Shown here piece after piece: positions 17,508 through 27,538 of a stretch of 64,000 bases of DNA. Position 1 is the first letter of the stretch. Every line of letters starts with the position of its first letter. A model generated the notes under the pieces. It did not search any database. It worked only from the letters and a program-made list of their open reading frames with translations, and was not told the origin of the DNA. The stretch lies in assembly GCA_021781955.1 (NCBI GenBank), contig JAJXVV010000002.1:74730-138729 (forward strand), given 5' to 3'. This DNA is from a bacterium. GTDB taxonomy: Bacteria > Patescibacteriota > Minisyncoccia > Phycocordibacterales > UBA2100. A program made the translations under genes and the position numbers.

Positions 17508-19711
17508 AGCCCCCGTTTGATTCGCCGCATTGTTTCCACGAGGTAGTTGATCCAGTACTGTTTCGTGAGTGGCTTATCCTGTGCGTGGAGGTAGCTCTCG
17601 GCGAAACCGCCAAAGCCTTTCTTGAAGAGCGATAGCCCTGCCCACGGATGCTCGGGGCGGCCCTCCGGCGAGATGCCCCAAAAGTTGTAGAGCGTGCAGC
17701 CGCGGCGTTTCGCTTCTTGTATCACGCGCCACTGCAAAAGATACGACGCGTTGATGTCGCGGAACGTCGGCACCGAGCCGCTGTGATGGTAGAAGGCCTG
17801 TCCATTGTAGAAGATGATGATCGCTGCGGCGATGGTCCGACCTTCGTAGCTGCCGAAAAAGAACGCCGCATGACCGTCCTTGGCGAAGAGCTCGAACTCG
17901 CGCCTCAGGTGCTCTTTGCGGAACGGCGTGAACTGCTGCCGCTCGACGGTGGCTTGATACACCTGCCAGAATTTCTCGATGTCGCCCGGATCGGTGCTTT
18001 GCGCGATTTCGACGCCTTTTCTCTCCATCTGTTTGATGAGGTAGCGGGTCGTCTTGCGCATATCTTTCAACAGGTCGTCCTCAGACTTGGTGAGGTCGAG
18101 CATCCAGGCAAGTTCGGGATGCATATGGATTGGCGCGTTGCGGAAACCGAGCGAACGGTAGTGCTGGGCGGGCTCCTCCGTCGCGGGAGAGAGGGGGCAG
18201 ATGCGTATGAACGCGCACTTCTCGCGCGCGCCGAGAGCCTCGGCTTTCTCCGCGATGAATTCGAACAATAGCGCCTCGTCGTTACCCGGCGTTATGAGCG
18301 GGCCGTGCGGGCACAATAAAAAAGAACCGCGTCGTGCCGCTATTTTCAGGAAAAGCGCGGCCGCGACGAGTCGCTGCTCGCGGTACACGCCGATGCGGAA
18401 TACGCCCACGCCTTCTTCCGCATGCAGCTGCCCCCACGTCCACGAGTGCAAAAAGCTGTGCGGTGCACGCATAGTGATGAAGGCCTCCCACGCCGCTTCG
18501 CTCGTTACCTCGGCAACGTGATATCCGGCGTTACGCGCCTGCAGCCATTCGCTTGCGAGATCGGCGATGCGGCGCGCCGCTCTCTCGGAGACGTTGCGGT
18601 GCGTTGGCAAGTTGACCATGAGGTCCGCGACGCGTTCGCCGTGCGGGCATTCGCCGCGATAATTCGTATGTGAAATATATTTTTGCGGGGAAATCGGCGC
18701 GTCGTACCAGATGTCGGACACGTACATACCGTTCTTGCGCAGATATTCGATGAGTTGGTCACGATCAAGGGCGAGGAGCGGGAAACGTATAGCAGAGGTC
18801 TTATCGAATTTGAGCGGGAGAGGCGAGCAGACGCCGAAACGTTCCGCGTACATGCGGGCGATGCGCTGACGATGCGCTTGCGTTCGCTCGAGCTGCTGGA
18901 ATTGCCGTGTGATGAGCCCGCAGTACCAGTCCGGCAGAATGCGGACGTCGCTCTTGAAGCCGTCGAACGGGCGCGAGAGAAGATGCGACGAACGCAGGAG
19001 CGCGTGGAACGGCTTGCCTAAGCCGAGAGGATAGAGCGTGCGTATCTTCCACGTGAGGATCGGGTAAAGCCGGTCTTTGAGTTGTTGCGAAATCGGTACG
19101 GGTACCGCGGGTGCGGGCATTCGATCGGCGTACCGTCCGTTGCGGACGATGAGCGCGCCGCCCGAGACCGCATCGATCACCTTGTCCTGGCTGAACGAGA
19201 GTGCTGTGAAGTCGCCGACGGTGCCAGCCTCGCGGCCGTCAGCGTAGCGCGTGCCGATGGCATGGGCGAGGTCTTCGATGAGCGGTATGCCGTGCTCCTC
19301 GCAGAGCTTCTCGATGGGTCCGATGTCGCAAGGAAAGCCCAGCGTGTTCTGCACGACGACCGCGACGATACCAGCGTGCTCCGTAAGCGCTCGCTCGAGC
19401 GACTCCGGCGGGAAGTTGAGCGAGTGATCGCCGATGTCGAGGTAGAGCGGCGCGTGCCCGCTCTCGGCCACCGCCTCGAAGACCGCGTAGCACGTGTAGC
19501 CGTTGACGACGACCTTGCCTTTATGCGGCAGCGCTTCGAGCGCGAGCCGCAATGCATCGCGGCCTTTGTAGGTGAGGACAACGCTTCCACCGTAGCGCTG
19601 GCTCAAGAGTTTCGTGAGCTGGCCGCGCACGCCTTTGCCGCCAGAGGCGACGAGCGTCTGCAGCGCCGTGCGCAGATCGTAGTTGGAACCGAGCGAGTTG
19701 AATACGGTCAT
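17504..19711 (-). CDS. Fusion of a DegT/DnrJ/EryC1/StrS PLP aminotransferase with a FemABX family peptidyltransferase
   Basis: N-terminal IEDLAHAIG, SFSQDK and LPTH; C-terminal FLHSWTWG, MRKTTRY, LLQW, YNFWG and FKKGFGG. Confidence 0.88.
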   Translation of the reverse strand: MTVFNSLGSNYDLRTALQTLVASGGKGVRGQLTKLLSQRYGGSVVLTYKGRDALRLALEALPHKGKVVVNGYTCYAVFEAVAESGHAPLYLDIGDHSLNFPPESLERALTEHAGIVAVVVQNTLGFPCDIGPIEKLCEEHGIPLIEDLAHAIGTRYADGREAGTVGDFTALSFSQDKVIDAVSGGALIVRNGRYADRMPAPAVPVPISQQLKDRLYPILTWKIRTLYPLGLGKPFHALLRSSHLLSRPFDGFKSDVRILPDWYCGLITRQFQQLERTQAHRQRIARMYAERFGVCSPLPLKFDKTSAIRFPLLALDRDQLIEYLRKNGMYVSDIWYDAPISPQKYISHTNYRGECPHGERVADLMVNLPTHRNVSERAARRIADLASEWLQARNAGYHVAEVTSEAAWEAFITMRAPHSFLHSWTWGQLHAEEGVGVFRIGVYREQRLVAAALFLKIAARRGSFLLCPHGPLITPGNDEALLFEFIAEKAEALGAREKCAFIRICPLSPATEEPAQHYRSLGFRNAPIHMHPELAWMLDLTKSEDDLLKDMRKTTRYLIKQMERKGVEIAQSTDPGDIEKFWQVYQATVERQQFTPFRKEHLRREFELFAKDGHAAFFFGSYEGRTIAAAIIIFYNGQAFYHHSGSVPTFRDINASYLLQWRVIQEAKRRGCTLYNFWGISPEGRPEHPWAGLSLFKKGFGGFAESYLHAQDKPLTKQYWINYLVETMRRIKRGL

Positions 19712-20391
19712 AACGCTTCCGATTCTCGCTGGACGAGATCGGCCACCTCTTTTACGTTCGTGATGTGCGGCGAGTGGCGCGCGTCGGGGATGACGACGAG
19801 GCGCGACCCGGCGATGCGCGCGTGCATGAGCCTGCCATCTTCGAGCGGCGTTGTCGTGTCATGCGCCCCCCAGACGATGAGCGTGGGACAGGCAATTGCC
19901 GCAATCCGCTCGCTCAAATCCGCCGCGACCAGGTTCGCCATCGTCTTGCGCATGTTGGGGGAGGCATTGGCGTAATCGCTCGCACGTATCGCGCGACGGA
20001 AGGTGCCCCGCAAGCGCTCGAAGCGCACGAAGCGGCCGAATATCTGGGCGAGGACGCGGAACGCGTCACGCTTCAATTTACGCACGCCGCGCGGCGGAAT
20101 GCCCGCGCTATCTTCGAGGATGAGGCGCGATACTTTGTCCGGGCGCGCGAGCGCGTAGGCGAGCGATATGCGGCCGCCGTTGGAGTGGCCGTACAAGATT
20201 ACCCTGTCATCGCCGACAATCTCGTCGAGCCAGGCGGCGTAGTCGTCGAGCGTCCATACGGGATCGCTGCCGTCGGTAAGGCCAGGTATGCGGAGGAACT
20301 CGTGCTCGATGCCGCGCGCGGACAATTCCTGCCGCAGCGCGTCCCATGTCGCGGTTTGATATGTCCAGCCATGGAGCATCAAAAGCCTCAT
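19708..20391 (-). CDS. Alpha/beta hydrolase
   Basis: LHGW, GHSNGG, WGAHD and HSPH; ATGA overlaps at both ends. Confidence 0.88.
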   Translation of the reverse strand: MRLLMLHGWTYQTATWDALRQELSARGIEHEFLRIPGLTDGSDPVWTLDDYAAWLDEIVGDDRVILYGHSNGGRISLAYALARPDKVSRLILEDSAGIPPRGVRKLKRDAFRVLAQIFGRFVRFERLRGTFRRAIRASDYANASPNMRKTMANLVAADLSERIAAIACPTLIVWGAHDTTTPLEDGRLMHARIAGSRLVVIPDARHSPHITNVKEVADLVQRESEAL

Positions 20392-21644
20392 AATCCCCAT
20401 TGTGCTCGCCGCTTTCGCCATATTTCCTCTCGTCGGCAGAGCTTTGCCGCGTCGGAAGGGTCGGCAAGCAGGTGCTCGACCACGCCCTCAAGAAAGCGCG
20501 CGCCCTTGAAAACGATGGTCTCACCGCCGCGAAGATTCGTGCGCAAGTATTCGAGCGCGTCCGCCGGCTTCTCCAGCGGAATAACCTCTTTGTTGACGAC
20601 GAGCGGCAGCGTGTAGCGAGTAACGCGCGGCCCGACGAACAGGATGCGTCGCACGTCCATGCCGTTGAGCAGGTGCGCCAGTTTCTCGTGCTCTTCCTTT
20701 TCTTGCGATCCCTGCTCGACAAAATCGCCGAGCACGAGCCAGAGCTCTTTTGCGGGGAATTTCTCGACCATCTTGAGAATGGCACGCGTTGAGGAGAAGT
20801 TGGCGTTGTACGTGCTGTCGATGAGAACCGTCGTCTTGATGCCTTTGAGGAGCGAACTGCGGCCGGGCGGTAGAGCGGCTTTCCAGAGTTCCGTGGTCGG
20901 CGTGACGCCGAAATACGTCGCGACCTCGGCGGATGCAGCGATGGAAGCCCATGTTTCTTCCGGCAACAGGTAGGGTACGCGGTATCGCGTGCCGCCGATG
21001 CCGAACTCAGTGCCGCTGATCGTGATATCCCATCGAACGTTCTCATCGGTTTTGCGTAGCGCGCGGACCTTGGCGTCGGCGCGCGGCACTTCGTCGCCGA
21101 TGAGCGGCTCGTCGGCGTTCACTATGACGAGCCGCTGCGCGCGTTCAGCGAAATAGCCGAATTCATGCGCGATGAGCCGGTCCACGGAAACGCCCCGCGC
21201 ACGAGCGGAGCGCTCGAAATTCATGCTGTGTGTGCGCGCCGACGAGAGCCACACGACGACCTCTGGTTCGAGGAGCGCGCTTAAGAATTCACCTTCGCCC
21301 GGACGGTCGCTGTCGGCCTCGACGACGTAGATGTTCTCGGGATACGGTCCCTTCCACGCATATATCGGCGCGAGCAGGAAAAACCAGAGCCACTCGATCG
21401 GCGCATAGCTCTTGCGCGTGAGGCCGAGGATGTCGAAGGGGATGCCGAAGGAGCTGTTGGCGTGGCGCGAGTAATGGGCACGCTCGCCGAGCTGCATCTC
21501 GATCAGCGTGAACGTGGTCGTTTTGCCGTTGGAGCCGGTCACGACGACGACGCGCGGATGCCAGCGCGCAAGACGGATACGCGCGAAAAAGCGGAAGTAG
21601 GCCGCGATGGGGAAGTAAAAGAAGTCCTTGATACGGCACACCAT
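20388..21644 (-). CDS. Mur ligase (MurF-like)
   Basis: VTGSNGKTT, PGR, IDSTYNAN, LGD and FKGAR. Confidence 0.85.
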   Translation of the reverse strand: MVCRIKDFFYFPIAAYFRFFARIRLARWHPRVVVVTGSNGKTTTFTLIEMQLGERAHYSRHANSSFGIPFDILGLTRKSYAPIEWLWFFLLAPIYAWKGPYPENIYVVEADSDRPGEGEFLSALLEPEVVVWLSSARTHSMNFERSARARGVSVDRLIAHEFGYFAERAQRLVIVNADEPLIGDEVPRADAKVRALRKTDENVRWDITISGTEFGIGGTRYRVPYLLPEETWASIAASAEVATYFGVTPTTELWKAALPPGRSSLLKGIKTTVLIDSTYNANFSSTRAILKMVEKFPAKELWLVLGDFVEQGSQEKEEHEKLAHLLNGMDVRRILFVGPRVTRYTLPLVVNKEVIPLEKPADALEYLRTNLRGGETIVFKGARFLEGVVEHLLADPSDAAKLCRREEIWRKRRAQWGL

Positions 21645-21719
21645 TCAGCACAGAATACTCGATTTTCCACGATTTTCCACGCACTCGCCAGGCGGCTCTC
21701 GGAGCGGTACTATTGAACG

Positions 21720-22412
21720 ATGGATGGCAAACGCAGAGTAGCGGCATTCGACGTGGACGGTACCATATTCCGCTCATCCCTTTTGATACAAGTGGTCGAC
21801 CGTCTCATCGAGAAGCAGGTCTTCCCGAAGGAGGCGCGAGCGGTGTATGCGCGCGAGTATGAGCGCTGGCTCAATCGCGAAGGCGACTACCAGGAGTACA
21901 TCGACGCGGTCGTGCGGGCGTTCGTCGGGCATCTGAAGGGCGTGCATTACGCGGCGCTCGCCGATGCGGCGGAGGAGCTCGTTGACGAGCAGTGGAAGCG
22001 CACGTACCGCTATACGCGCGACCTCCTCAAAGAACTCAAGGATAAGGGATATTTCTTGCTCGCGGTCTCGCATTCGCCGAAAACGGTTCTCGACAAATTC
22101 TGTCCGCGCCTCGGTTTCGACAAGACCTACGGCATGATATACGAGCTCGGACCGCAGGACCGCTTCACGGGCGAGGTCGTCGACGCGCACCTCATCTACA
22201 ACAAGGCGGCGATTGTGCGCCGCGCCGTCGAGAAGGAGAACCTCACGCTCGCGCATTCGATCGGCGTCGGCGATACCGAGAGCGATATCCCGTTCCTCGA
22301 GCTCGTTGCCAAGCCGATCTGCTTCAATCCGAACCAGAAGCTTTACCGCACGGCGAAACGATCAGGCTGGAAAGTGATCGTCGAGCGAAAAGATGTGGTG
22401 TATGAGCTGTAG
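21720..22412 (+). CDS. HAD-IB family phosphatase (SerB-like)
   Basis: FDVDGT, GDTESD and FNP motifs. Confidence 0.9.
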   Translation: MDGKRRVAAFDVDGTIFRSSLLIQVVDRLIEKQVFPKEARAVYAREYERWLNREGDYQEYIDAVVRAFVGHLKGVHYAALADAAEELVDEQWKRTYRYTRDLLKELKDKGYFLLAVSHSPKTVLDKFCPRLGFDKTYGMIYELGPQDRFTGEVVDAHLIYNKAAIVRRAVEKENLTLAHSIGVGDTESDIPFLELVAKPICFNPNQKLYRTAKRSGWKVIVERKDVVYEL

Positions 22413-22456
22413 TACGCCGATCGTGCGCCCTTTCATCGAACGCCGATACCGGTGAC

Positions 22457-23335
22457 ATGCGCGCACGACGAGTCACGACATCGAATGAGGTGGACCGACG
22501 AACGGCTGGCGCTGTTCGTCTGAAAGAGCGCGCTGTCCGCTTCCGCCGTGCCGTGTGGGCGTACTACCGTATGCACGGTCGGCACGATCTCCTGTGGAGG
22601 AGGACCACAGATCCGTACCGCATCCTCGTTTCCGAAATGATGCTGCAGCAAACGCAAGTGCCGCGCGTGATACCGAAATACCGGTCGTTCATCAAAAGAT
22701 TCCCGACCGTCCGGCGCTTGGCGCAAGCCTCGCTCGCCGATGTTCTAAAAGAGTGGAGCGGATTAGGATACAACCGGCGTGGGAAGTTCCTGCATGACGC
22801 AGCGAAGGAGGTCGTCGGACGATACGGCGGGCGCGTCCCGCAGGACGCGCCCGCTCTCCGCGCGCTATCGGGGGTCGGCGAGTATACCGCTTCTGCCGTT
22901 CGCGCTTTCGCATTCAACAAGCGGGTCGCGATGCTTGAGACCAACATCCGTACCGCTCTCATTCATCATTTTCATACCACAGAGGACGGTCCTCTGGGGA
23001 AAGTTGGGGACAAGGGCTTGACGGAATTGATGGCGAAGATCGTCGAGGTCGAGAAACGACCGAGGGAATTCTACTGGGCGCTCATGGATTACGGCGCGCA
23101 TCTGAAAGCGAGCGGCGTACGGAACAATATTCGCAGCAAGCACTACGCGAAGCAATCGAGGTTCGAAGGCTCGCTCCGCCAAGTTCGCGGGGAGATCCTC
23201 CGCCAGCTCTCCAACGGAGGACCGTCCTCTGCAATATGCAGAGGACGGTCCTCTGCGCGGATGCGGGAGGCGCTCAGCGGGTTGGAGCGGGACGGTCTTA
23301 TCAAAAAGGAGAAAGGGAAATGGCACATCGCCTAA
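22457..23335 (+). CDS. mutY: A/G-specific adenine glycosylase lacking the Fe-S motif, containing in-frame palindromes
   Basis: YRILVSEMMLQQTQV, WSGLGYNRR, GVGEYTA, ALMDYGA. Confidence 0.9.
   Translation: MRARRVTTSNEVDRRTAGAVRLKERAVRFRRAVWAYYRMHGRHDLLWRRTTDPYRILVSEMMLQQTQVPRVIPKYRSFIKRFPTVRRLAQASLADVLKEWSGLGYNRRGKFLHDAAKEVVGRYGGRVPQDAPALRALSGVGEYTASAVRAFAFNKRVAMLETNIRTALIHHFHTTEDGPLGKVGDKGLTELMAKIVEVEKRPREFYWALMDYGAHLKASGVRNNIRSKHYAKQSRFEGSLRQVRGEILRQLSNGGPSSAICRGRSSARMREALSGLERDGLIKKEKGKWHIA
22980..23013 (-). repeat. Composite repeat in reverse orientation inside mutY: TTGTCCCCA-N8-palindrome
   Basis: Palindrome 22980-22996, 8-nt spacer, TGGGGACAA at 23005-23013. Confidence 0.75.
23215..23255. 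repeat. Inverted doublet of the palindrome inside mutY (REPIN-like)
   Basis: gaggaccgtcctctgca-ata-tgcagaggacggtcctc, a perfect 17-bp inverted pair. Confidence 0.85.
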
Positions 23336-23372
23336 AAGCGAAGCGGCAAGTGGCCACGATTCACGCGTGACC

Positions 23373-25289
23373 TCAAACGCTCACAATGACAGGGATTACG
23401 ATCGGGCGTTTCATTGTTTTTTGCAGCAAGAAGCGGGAAACGGAATCCGCGAGATCGTCGCGCGCGACATCGAGATCGGCTGAGCGCGGGTTGCGGAGCG
23501 AGGTTTCCACCGATTTGCGGATGATGAGGCGCGTCTGGTCCATGAGCTCCTTGTTGTCGCGCAGGTAGACGAAACCGCGCGAGATGATGTCGGGCGATTT
23601 GTGAAGTTTGCCCGTGCGGCGATCGACCGTGGCGACGACGACGCAGAAGCCCTCCTGGCCGAGCGCTTTCCGGTCGCGCATGAGCACATCGGAAAGTTCG
23701 CTCACGACGTGGCCTTCGACGACGCGCAGCTCGAAGGGCGCCCTGACCGGCAATTTGCTGATCTTCTCGCCGTTCTTTATCTCGATGACGGAGGAGTTGT
23801 CAGGGACACAGACGTGTTTGGGATCGACGCCCATCTCGACGGCGAGGTCGGCATGCACGCGCAGCATGTAGTGGTAGCCGTGGACGGGTACGAAGAAGTT
23901 GGGTTTGATCTGGCGATGGATCCATGCCGCTTCCTCGCGATTGCCGTGGCCGGAAGCGTGCACGTCGCTCGCGTGGTACGTGATGATGTGCGCGCCCTGG
24001 CGCGAGAGGTTGTCCTTGAGCTTTTGTACCGCGCGCTCGTTGCCGGGGATGACGGAAGAGGAAAGCACGACCGTGTCGGTCGGCTGCAGTTGGATGTACT
24101 TGTGGGATTTGTTGCCGATGCGCGCGAGCGAGGCGAACTCGTCGCCCTGCGCGCCGGTCGCGAGGATGAGGACGCGTTCGGGCGGATACTCGCCCATGTT
24201 CTCGACCGCGATGACCGTATCGTCCTTGTACTTTACGAGCCCGAGCTCTCGCGCTATCTCGATGTTGGTGCGCATCGAGCGGCCGTCGATGACGACCTTC
24301 TTGCCGTAGGTCTCGGCGAAGCCGATGATACGGATCAAGCGTTCAAGGTGCGAGGCGAACATCGCGATGATGAGACGGCCTTTCGAATCTTTGATGATAC
24401 CCTCGAGCGTGCGGTAGACGTTCACCTCGGGGATGGAGAATCCTGGCTGCCAGACGTTCGTGCTGTCCATGAGGAGCGCGAGTACCTTGCGATGCGCGAA
24501 GATGCCGAACTCGCGCTTCTCCTCGTCGGACGGCTCGCCGTCCACGTGCGAGAGCTTGATGTCGCCAGTGAAGACGACGTCGCCCCACGGCGTTTCAATG
24601 ATAATGCCCATCGAATCTGGGACCGTGTGCGTCACGCCGAAGAAGCGAATGGTCGCTGCGCCGAGCTTGAGCACTTCATTCTTCTCGACCTCGCGTATTT
24701 GCACGGGTTGTGCAGAAGCGAATTCCTCCTGGCGTTTCTGTATCATGCGGCCGGTGAGACGGCGCGTATAGATGACGGGGTTGCCGATGCGGTCGAGGAT
24801 GTAGGGGATGCCGCCGATGTGGTCGAGGTGGCCGTGCGAGATGAGGAGTCCGCGTATTTTGTCGCGGCGCTCTTCGAGGTAGCCCGTGTTCGGGAGGATG
24901 TAGTCGATGCCCGGCGTTTCGTCCTCGCTGAACTGGAAGCCGCAATCGAGGATGAAGATGTCGTTGCCGACCTCGATCGCGGTCATGTTGCGGCCGATCT
25001 CCTCGACGCCGCCCAAGGGGATGATGCGCACGGTGTCAGCGGCGGGCGGCGGAATGACGCCGCCCGGCTTTTTGTCGCGCGGGGTTTGATGTTCGACGTG
25101 CGCTTTGCCGCGCCGACGGGGCGGATGATTGCTCTGCCACGGCGCGCGGCGGCGTTTTTGCGGCGGGCGCTGGGGGCGGCCCCGATGGGGCGTGCCGTGC
25201 CGCTCGCGAGCGGCATGCGGGCGGCTTGTCCCGCCGCCAAGGCGGGCTGAGTCGCCGTGCGAGCGGGAATTGTCTGATGATGGTTCCAT
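23373..25289 (-). CDS. rnj: Ribonuclease J
   Basis: PLGGVEEIGRNM, SHGHLDHIGG, HASGH and PVHG; basic disordered N-terminal extension. Confidence 0.95.
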   Translation of the reverse strand: MEPSSDNSRSHGDSARLGGGTSRPHAARERHGTPHRGRPQRPPQKRRRAPWQSNHPPRRRGKAHVEHQTPRDKKPGGVIPPPAADTVRIIPLGGVEEIGRNMTAIEVGNDIFILDCGFQFSEDETPGIDYILPNTGYLEERRDKIRGLLISHGHLDHIGGIPYILDRIGNPVIYTRRLTGRMIQKRQEEFASAQPVQIREVEKNEVLKLGAATIRFFGVTHTVPDSMGIIIETPWGDVVFTGDIKLSHVDGEPSDEEKREFGIFAHRKVLALLMDSTNVWQPGFSIPEVNVYRTLEGIIKDSKGRLIIAMFASHLERLIRIIGFAETYGKKVVIDGRSMRTNIEIARELGLVKYKDDTVIAVENMGEYPPERVLILATGAQGDEFASLARIGNKSHKYIQLQPTDTVVLSSSVIPGNERAVQKLKDNLSRQGAHIITYHASDVHASGHGNREEAAWIHRQIKPNFFVPVHGYHYMLRVHADLAVEMGVDPKHVCVPDNSSVIEIKNGEKISKLPVRAPFELRVVEGHVVSELSDVLMRDRKALGQEGFCVVVATVDRRTGKLHKSPDIISRGFVYLRDNKELMDQTRLIIRKSVETSLRNPRSADLDVARDDLADSVSRFLLQKTMKRPIVIPVIVSV

Positions 25290-25303
25290 ACGGAAAGTGA
25301 TGT

Positions 25304-27136
25304 TTAGTAAGTAACGGTTGATAATTGATTGCCTTTCGCGAACACGCTCCAGACGTATTCGGTCTCTTCGTACCACTGGTACACGTCGAGGAAACGATCC
25401 GATGGCTGCGAGAGCACGCCGAGTTCGACGCCTTGCAAATCCTTCGGTACGACGTAGATGAACTGCGGAGCGTACAGGAATACCGCAGGATGGTCTTTCT
25501 CGATGTCCGCAGCGAACTGGACGTAAAGCTTGTCGCGAGCGGAGCTGTCGGTCGCGGCACGGGCCTGCGAGAGGAGCGCGTCGACCTGAGAATTCGCATA
25601 CATCGAGAGGTTGAGGCCCGGGTCATTGCGCTGGCTCGAGTGCCAGAAGGCGAAGAGGTCCGGCGATCGGCCGACGACCTCGCCGAAGAGCAGTACGTCG
25701 TAGTTGCGCGGGCGAATGACGTTGGTGTTCAGGTCGGAGATGGGGTAGATCTGCACGTTGGCCTGGACGCCGATCGCTTGCCACTCGGCAGCGACCTGTT
25801 TTGCGGTCGCGACGAGTTCCGGCTGGTCGGCGGTCGCTATCGTGAGCGAGAGCGTCTCCTTGCCTTTCGTCCAAACGTTGTTCGTCTGATCGAAGGCCCA
25901 GCCGCCTTTTTGCAGCAGCGCGCGCGCGGCGTCGTAGTTGCTCTGATCGGGCGTGGTCGAAGCAGCGATCGTCACGCGCGGGAGGGCCATCGGTTCGGCG
26001 GGCGTGGTGTCGCCCAAAACGCCGGGCGGTACGGGTCCCTGCAAGACGGTCCCAAAGCCATCGAGTACGCTTTGCACAAGCTGTTTTTTGTCCACTGCCG
26101 CGTCGAGCGCCGCTCGCACGGAGCCGTCGGCGAGCGCCGCGTCGTGGTTCTGATTGAAGAAGAGCGCGAAGGTGCGGGGAAGCGCGACGCGCACGACATT
26201 GACGTCGTTGCGCTTGAGATCGGGCAGGTTCTCAGGAGAAACGCCGGCGATCGCATCGATCTGATGCGCGTTGAATGCTTTGATCATGTCGTCCTCGCTC
26301 GTGTAGAAGAGGAACGTGATGCGCGAGAGGTGCGGCTGTCCGAACGTGAAGTCGGCGAACGGCACGAGATCGTAGCGCGTCGGCGAGCCGGTCGAATCGG
26401 TGCTGACGCTCGCGATCTTGTACGGACCGCTTCCGATGGGGTGCGTGTTGGCAGGCGCGAAGGGAAATTCTTCCGCAGGCACGTCCTTCCAGATGTGCGC
26501 GGGCAAGATGCCCATCGTCGCGTTCTCCATAAAGGGCGCGTACGCATGCGGCAGCGTGAAGACCACTGTTTCAGGATCGGGCGACGAGACCTGCACGCCT
26601 TGCCAGTCGGCGCGTCGGGGACTGTTGATGCCGGGGTTCTGCGCCGCCTGCACCGTGAATATGACGTCGGCGGCGGTGACCGGCGTGCCGTCCTGGAAGG
26701 TCGCGCCCGGACGCAAATGGAAGGTGTAGGTCGTCCCGTCGGGCGATATGTCGTAGCTCTGCGCGAGATCGGGCACATAGCTGCCGTCGGGAGTGGCGCG
26801 CATGAGCCCGGAGTAAACGAGTTGCGTTAGATCCTCATCCGCCTGCGAGAGCGTCAAGACCGGATTGATGAAGCGCACGGGCGCGAGCTCTCCTTCAACG
26901 AGCGTACCGCCCTGCGCAGGCACCTGCACCGACACCGCGATGTCGAGGCCGATCACAAGTACAAGCGTCGAAAGCGTGAGCAGTGCCGTGAGCCCGTAGA
27001 GCGCGAGACGATCGCCCGGCGAGAATGAGTTCAAAAGTCGCGCGACCGAGCTCAGGCGGCCGAACGGGCGTTCGCGGGAGAGCCGCTCTTTGAGGGCTTT
27101 CGCTTTCTGCAGATAGGAGGTGGGATCAAGGCTCAT
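25304..27136 (-). CDS. ABC transporter substrate-binding protein, family 5
   Basis: PDLAQSYDISPDGTTYTFHLRPGATFQDGTPVTAADVIFT and PIGSGPYK. Confidence 0.9.
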   Translation of the reverse strand: MSLDPTSYLQKAKALKERLSRERPFGRLSSVARLLNSFSPGDRLALYGLTALLTLSTLVLVIGLDIAVSVQVPAQGGTLVEGELAPVRFINPVLTLSQADEDLTQLVYSGLMRATPDGSYVPDLAQSYDISPDGTTYTFHLRPGATFQDGTPVTAADVIFTVQAAQNPGINSPRRADWQGVQVSSPDPETVVFTLPHAYAPFMENATMGILPAHIWKDVPAEEFPFAPANTHPIGSGPYKIASVSTDSTGSPTRYDLVPFADFTFGQPHLSRITFLFYTSEDDMIKAFNAHQIDAIAGVSPENLPDLKRNDVNVVRVALPRTFALFFNQNHDAALADGSVRAALDAAVDKKQLVQSVLDGFGTVLQGPVPPGVLGDTTPAEPMALPRVTIAASTTPDQSNYDAARALLQKGGWAFDQTNNVWTKGKETLSLTIATADQPELVATAKQVAAEWQAIGVQANVQIYPISDLNTNVIRPRNYDVLLFGEVVGRSPDLFAFWHSSQRNDPGLNLSMYANSQVDALLSQARAATDSSARDKLYVQFAADIEKDHPAVFLYAPQFIYVVPKDLQGVELGVLSQPSDRFLDVYQWYEETEYVWSVFAKGNQLSTVTY

Positions 27137-27190
27137 AACGCAACGCATGCATGCGTCGCGCCCCGCATCGTTGGATACAGGGCTGAAGCA

Positions 27191-27424
27191 TTAACTAATA
27201 AGAAGATTGACGAGTGCTGAGAGGGCGAACAAGATGCCGAGGATAATACTGACCCAGAAGAGGGTTTTCTCCAGGCCACGGCGCGTATGGAAGCCGGACG
27301 TGAAGTTGTCCGCGCCGAAAGCGCCCCCGAGCGACGCGCCCGTGCGCTGTAAGAGTATCGCTCCGATGAGCAAGACCGACAGCACGATCTGTATGTAGGG
27401 GAGCGTCCCTTGGAGAGAAACCAT
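27191..27424 (-). CDS. secG: Preprotein translocase subunit SecG
   Basis: ILLQRTGASLGGAFG...TRRGLEKTL; two TM segments. Confidence 0.9.
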   Translation of the reverse strand: MVSLQGTLPYIQIVLSVLLIGAILLQRTGASLGGAFGADNFTSGFHTRRGLEKTLFWVSIILGILFALSALVNLLIS

Positions 27425-27538
27425 CGCGCGTGAGTGTAGCATGGTCGGTTTTTCACCGCAAGCACTTGACCGAAGCGGCCTCGCCCATTTATATTGATGC
27501 TCCACATTTACTAGCTCACTCATTACATCTCATTTCTC

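Noticed and set aside
27440-27538. CIRCE element upstream of groES
   Set aside because: Only a partial AGCACT half-site; no TTAGCACTC-N9-GAGTGCTAA inverted repeat
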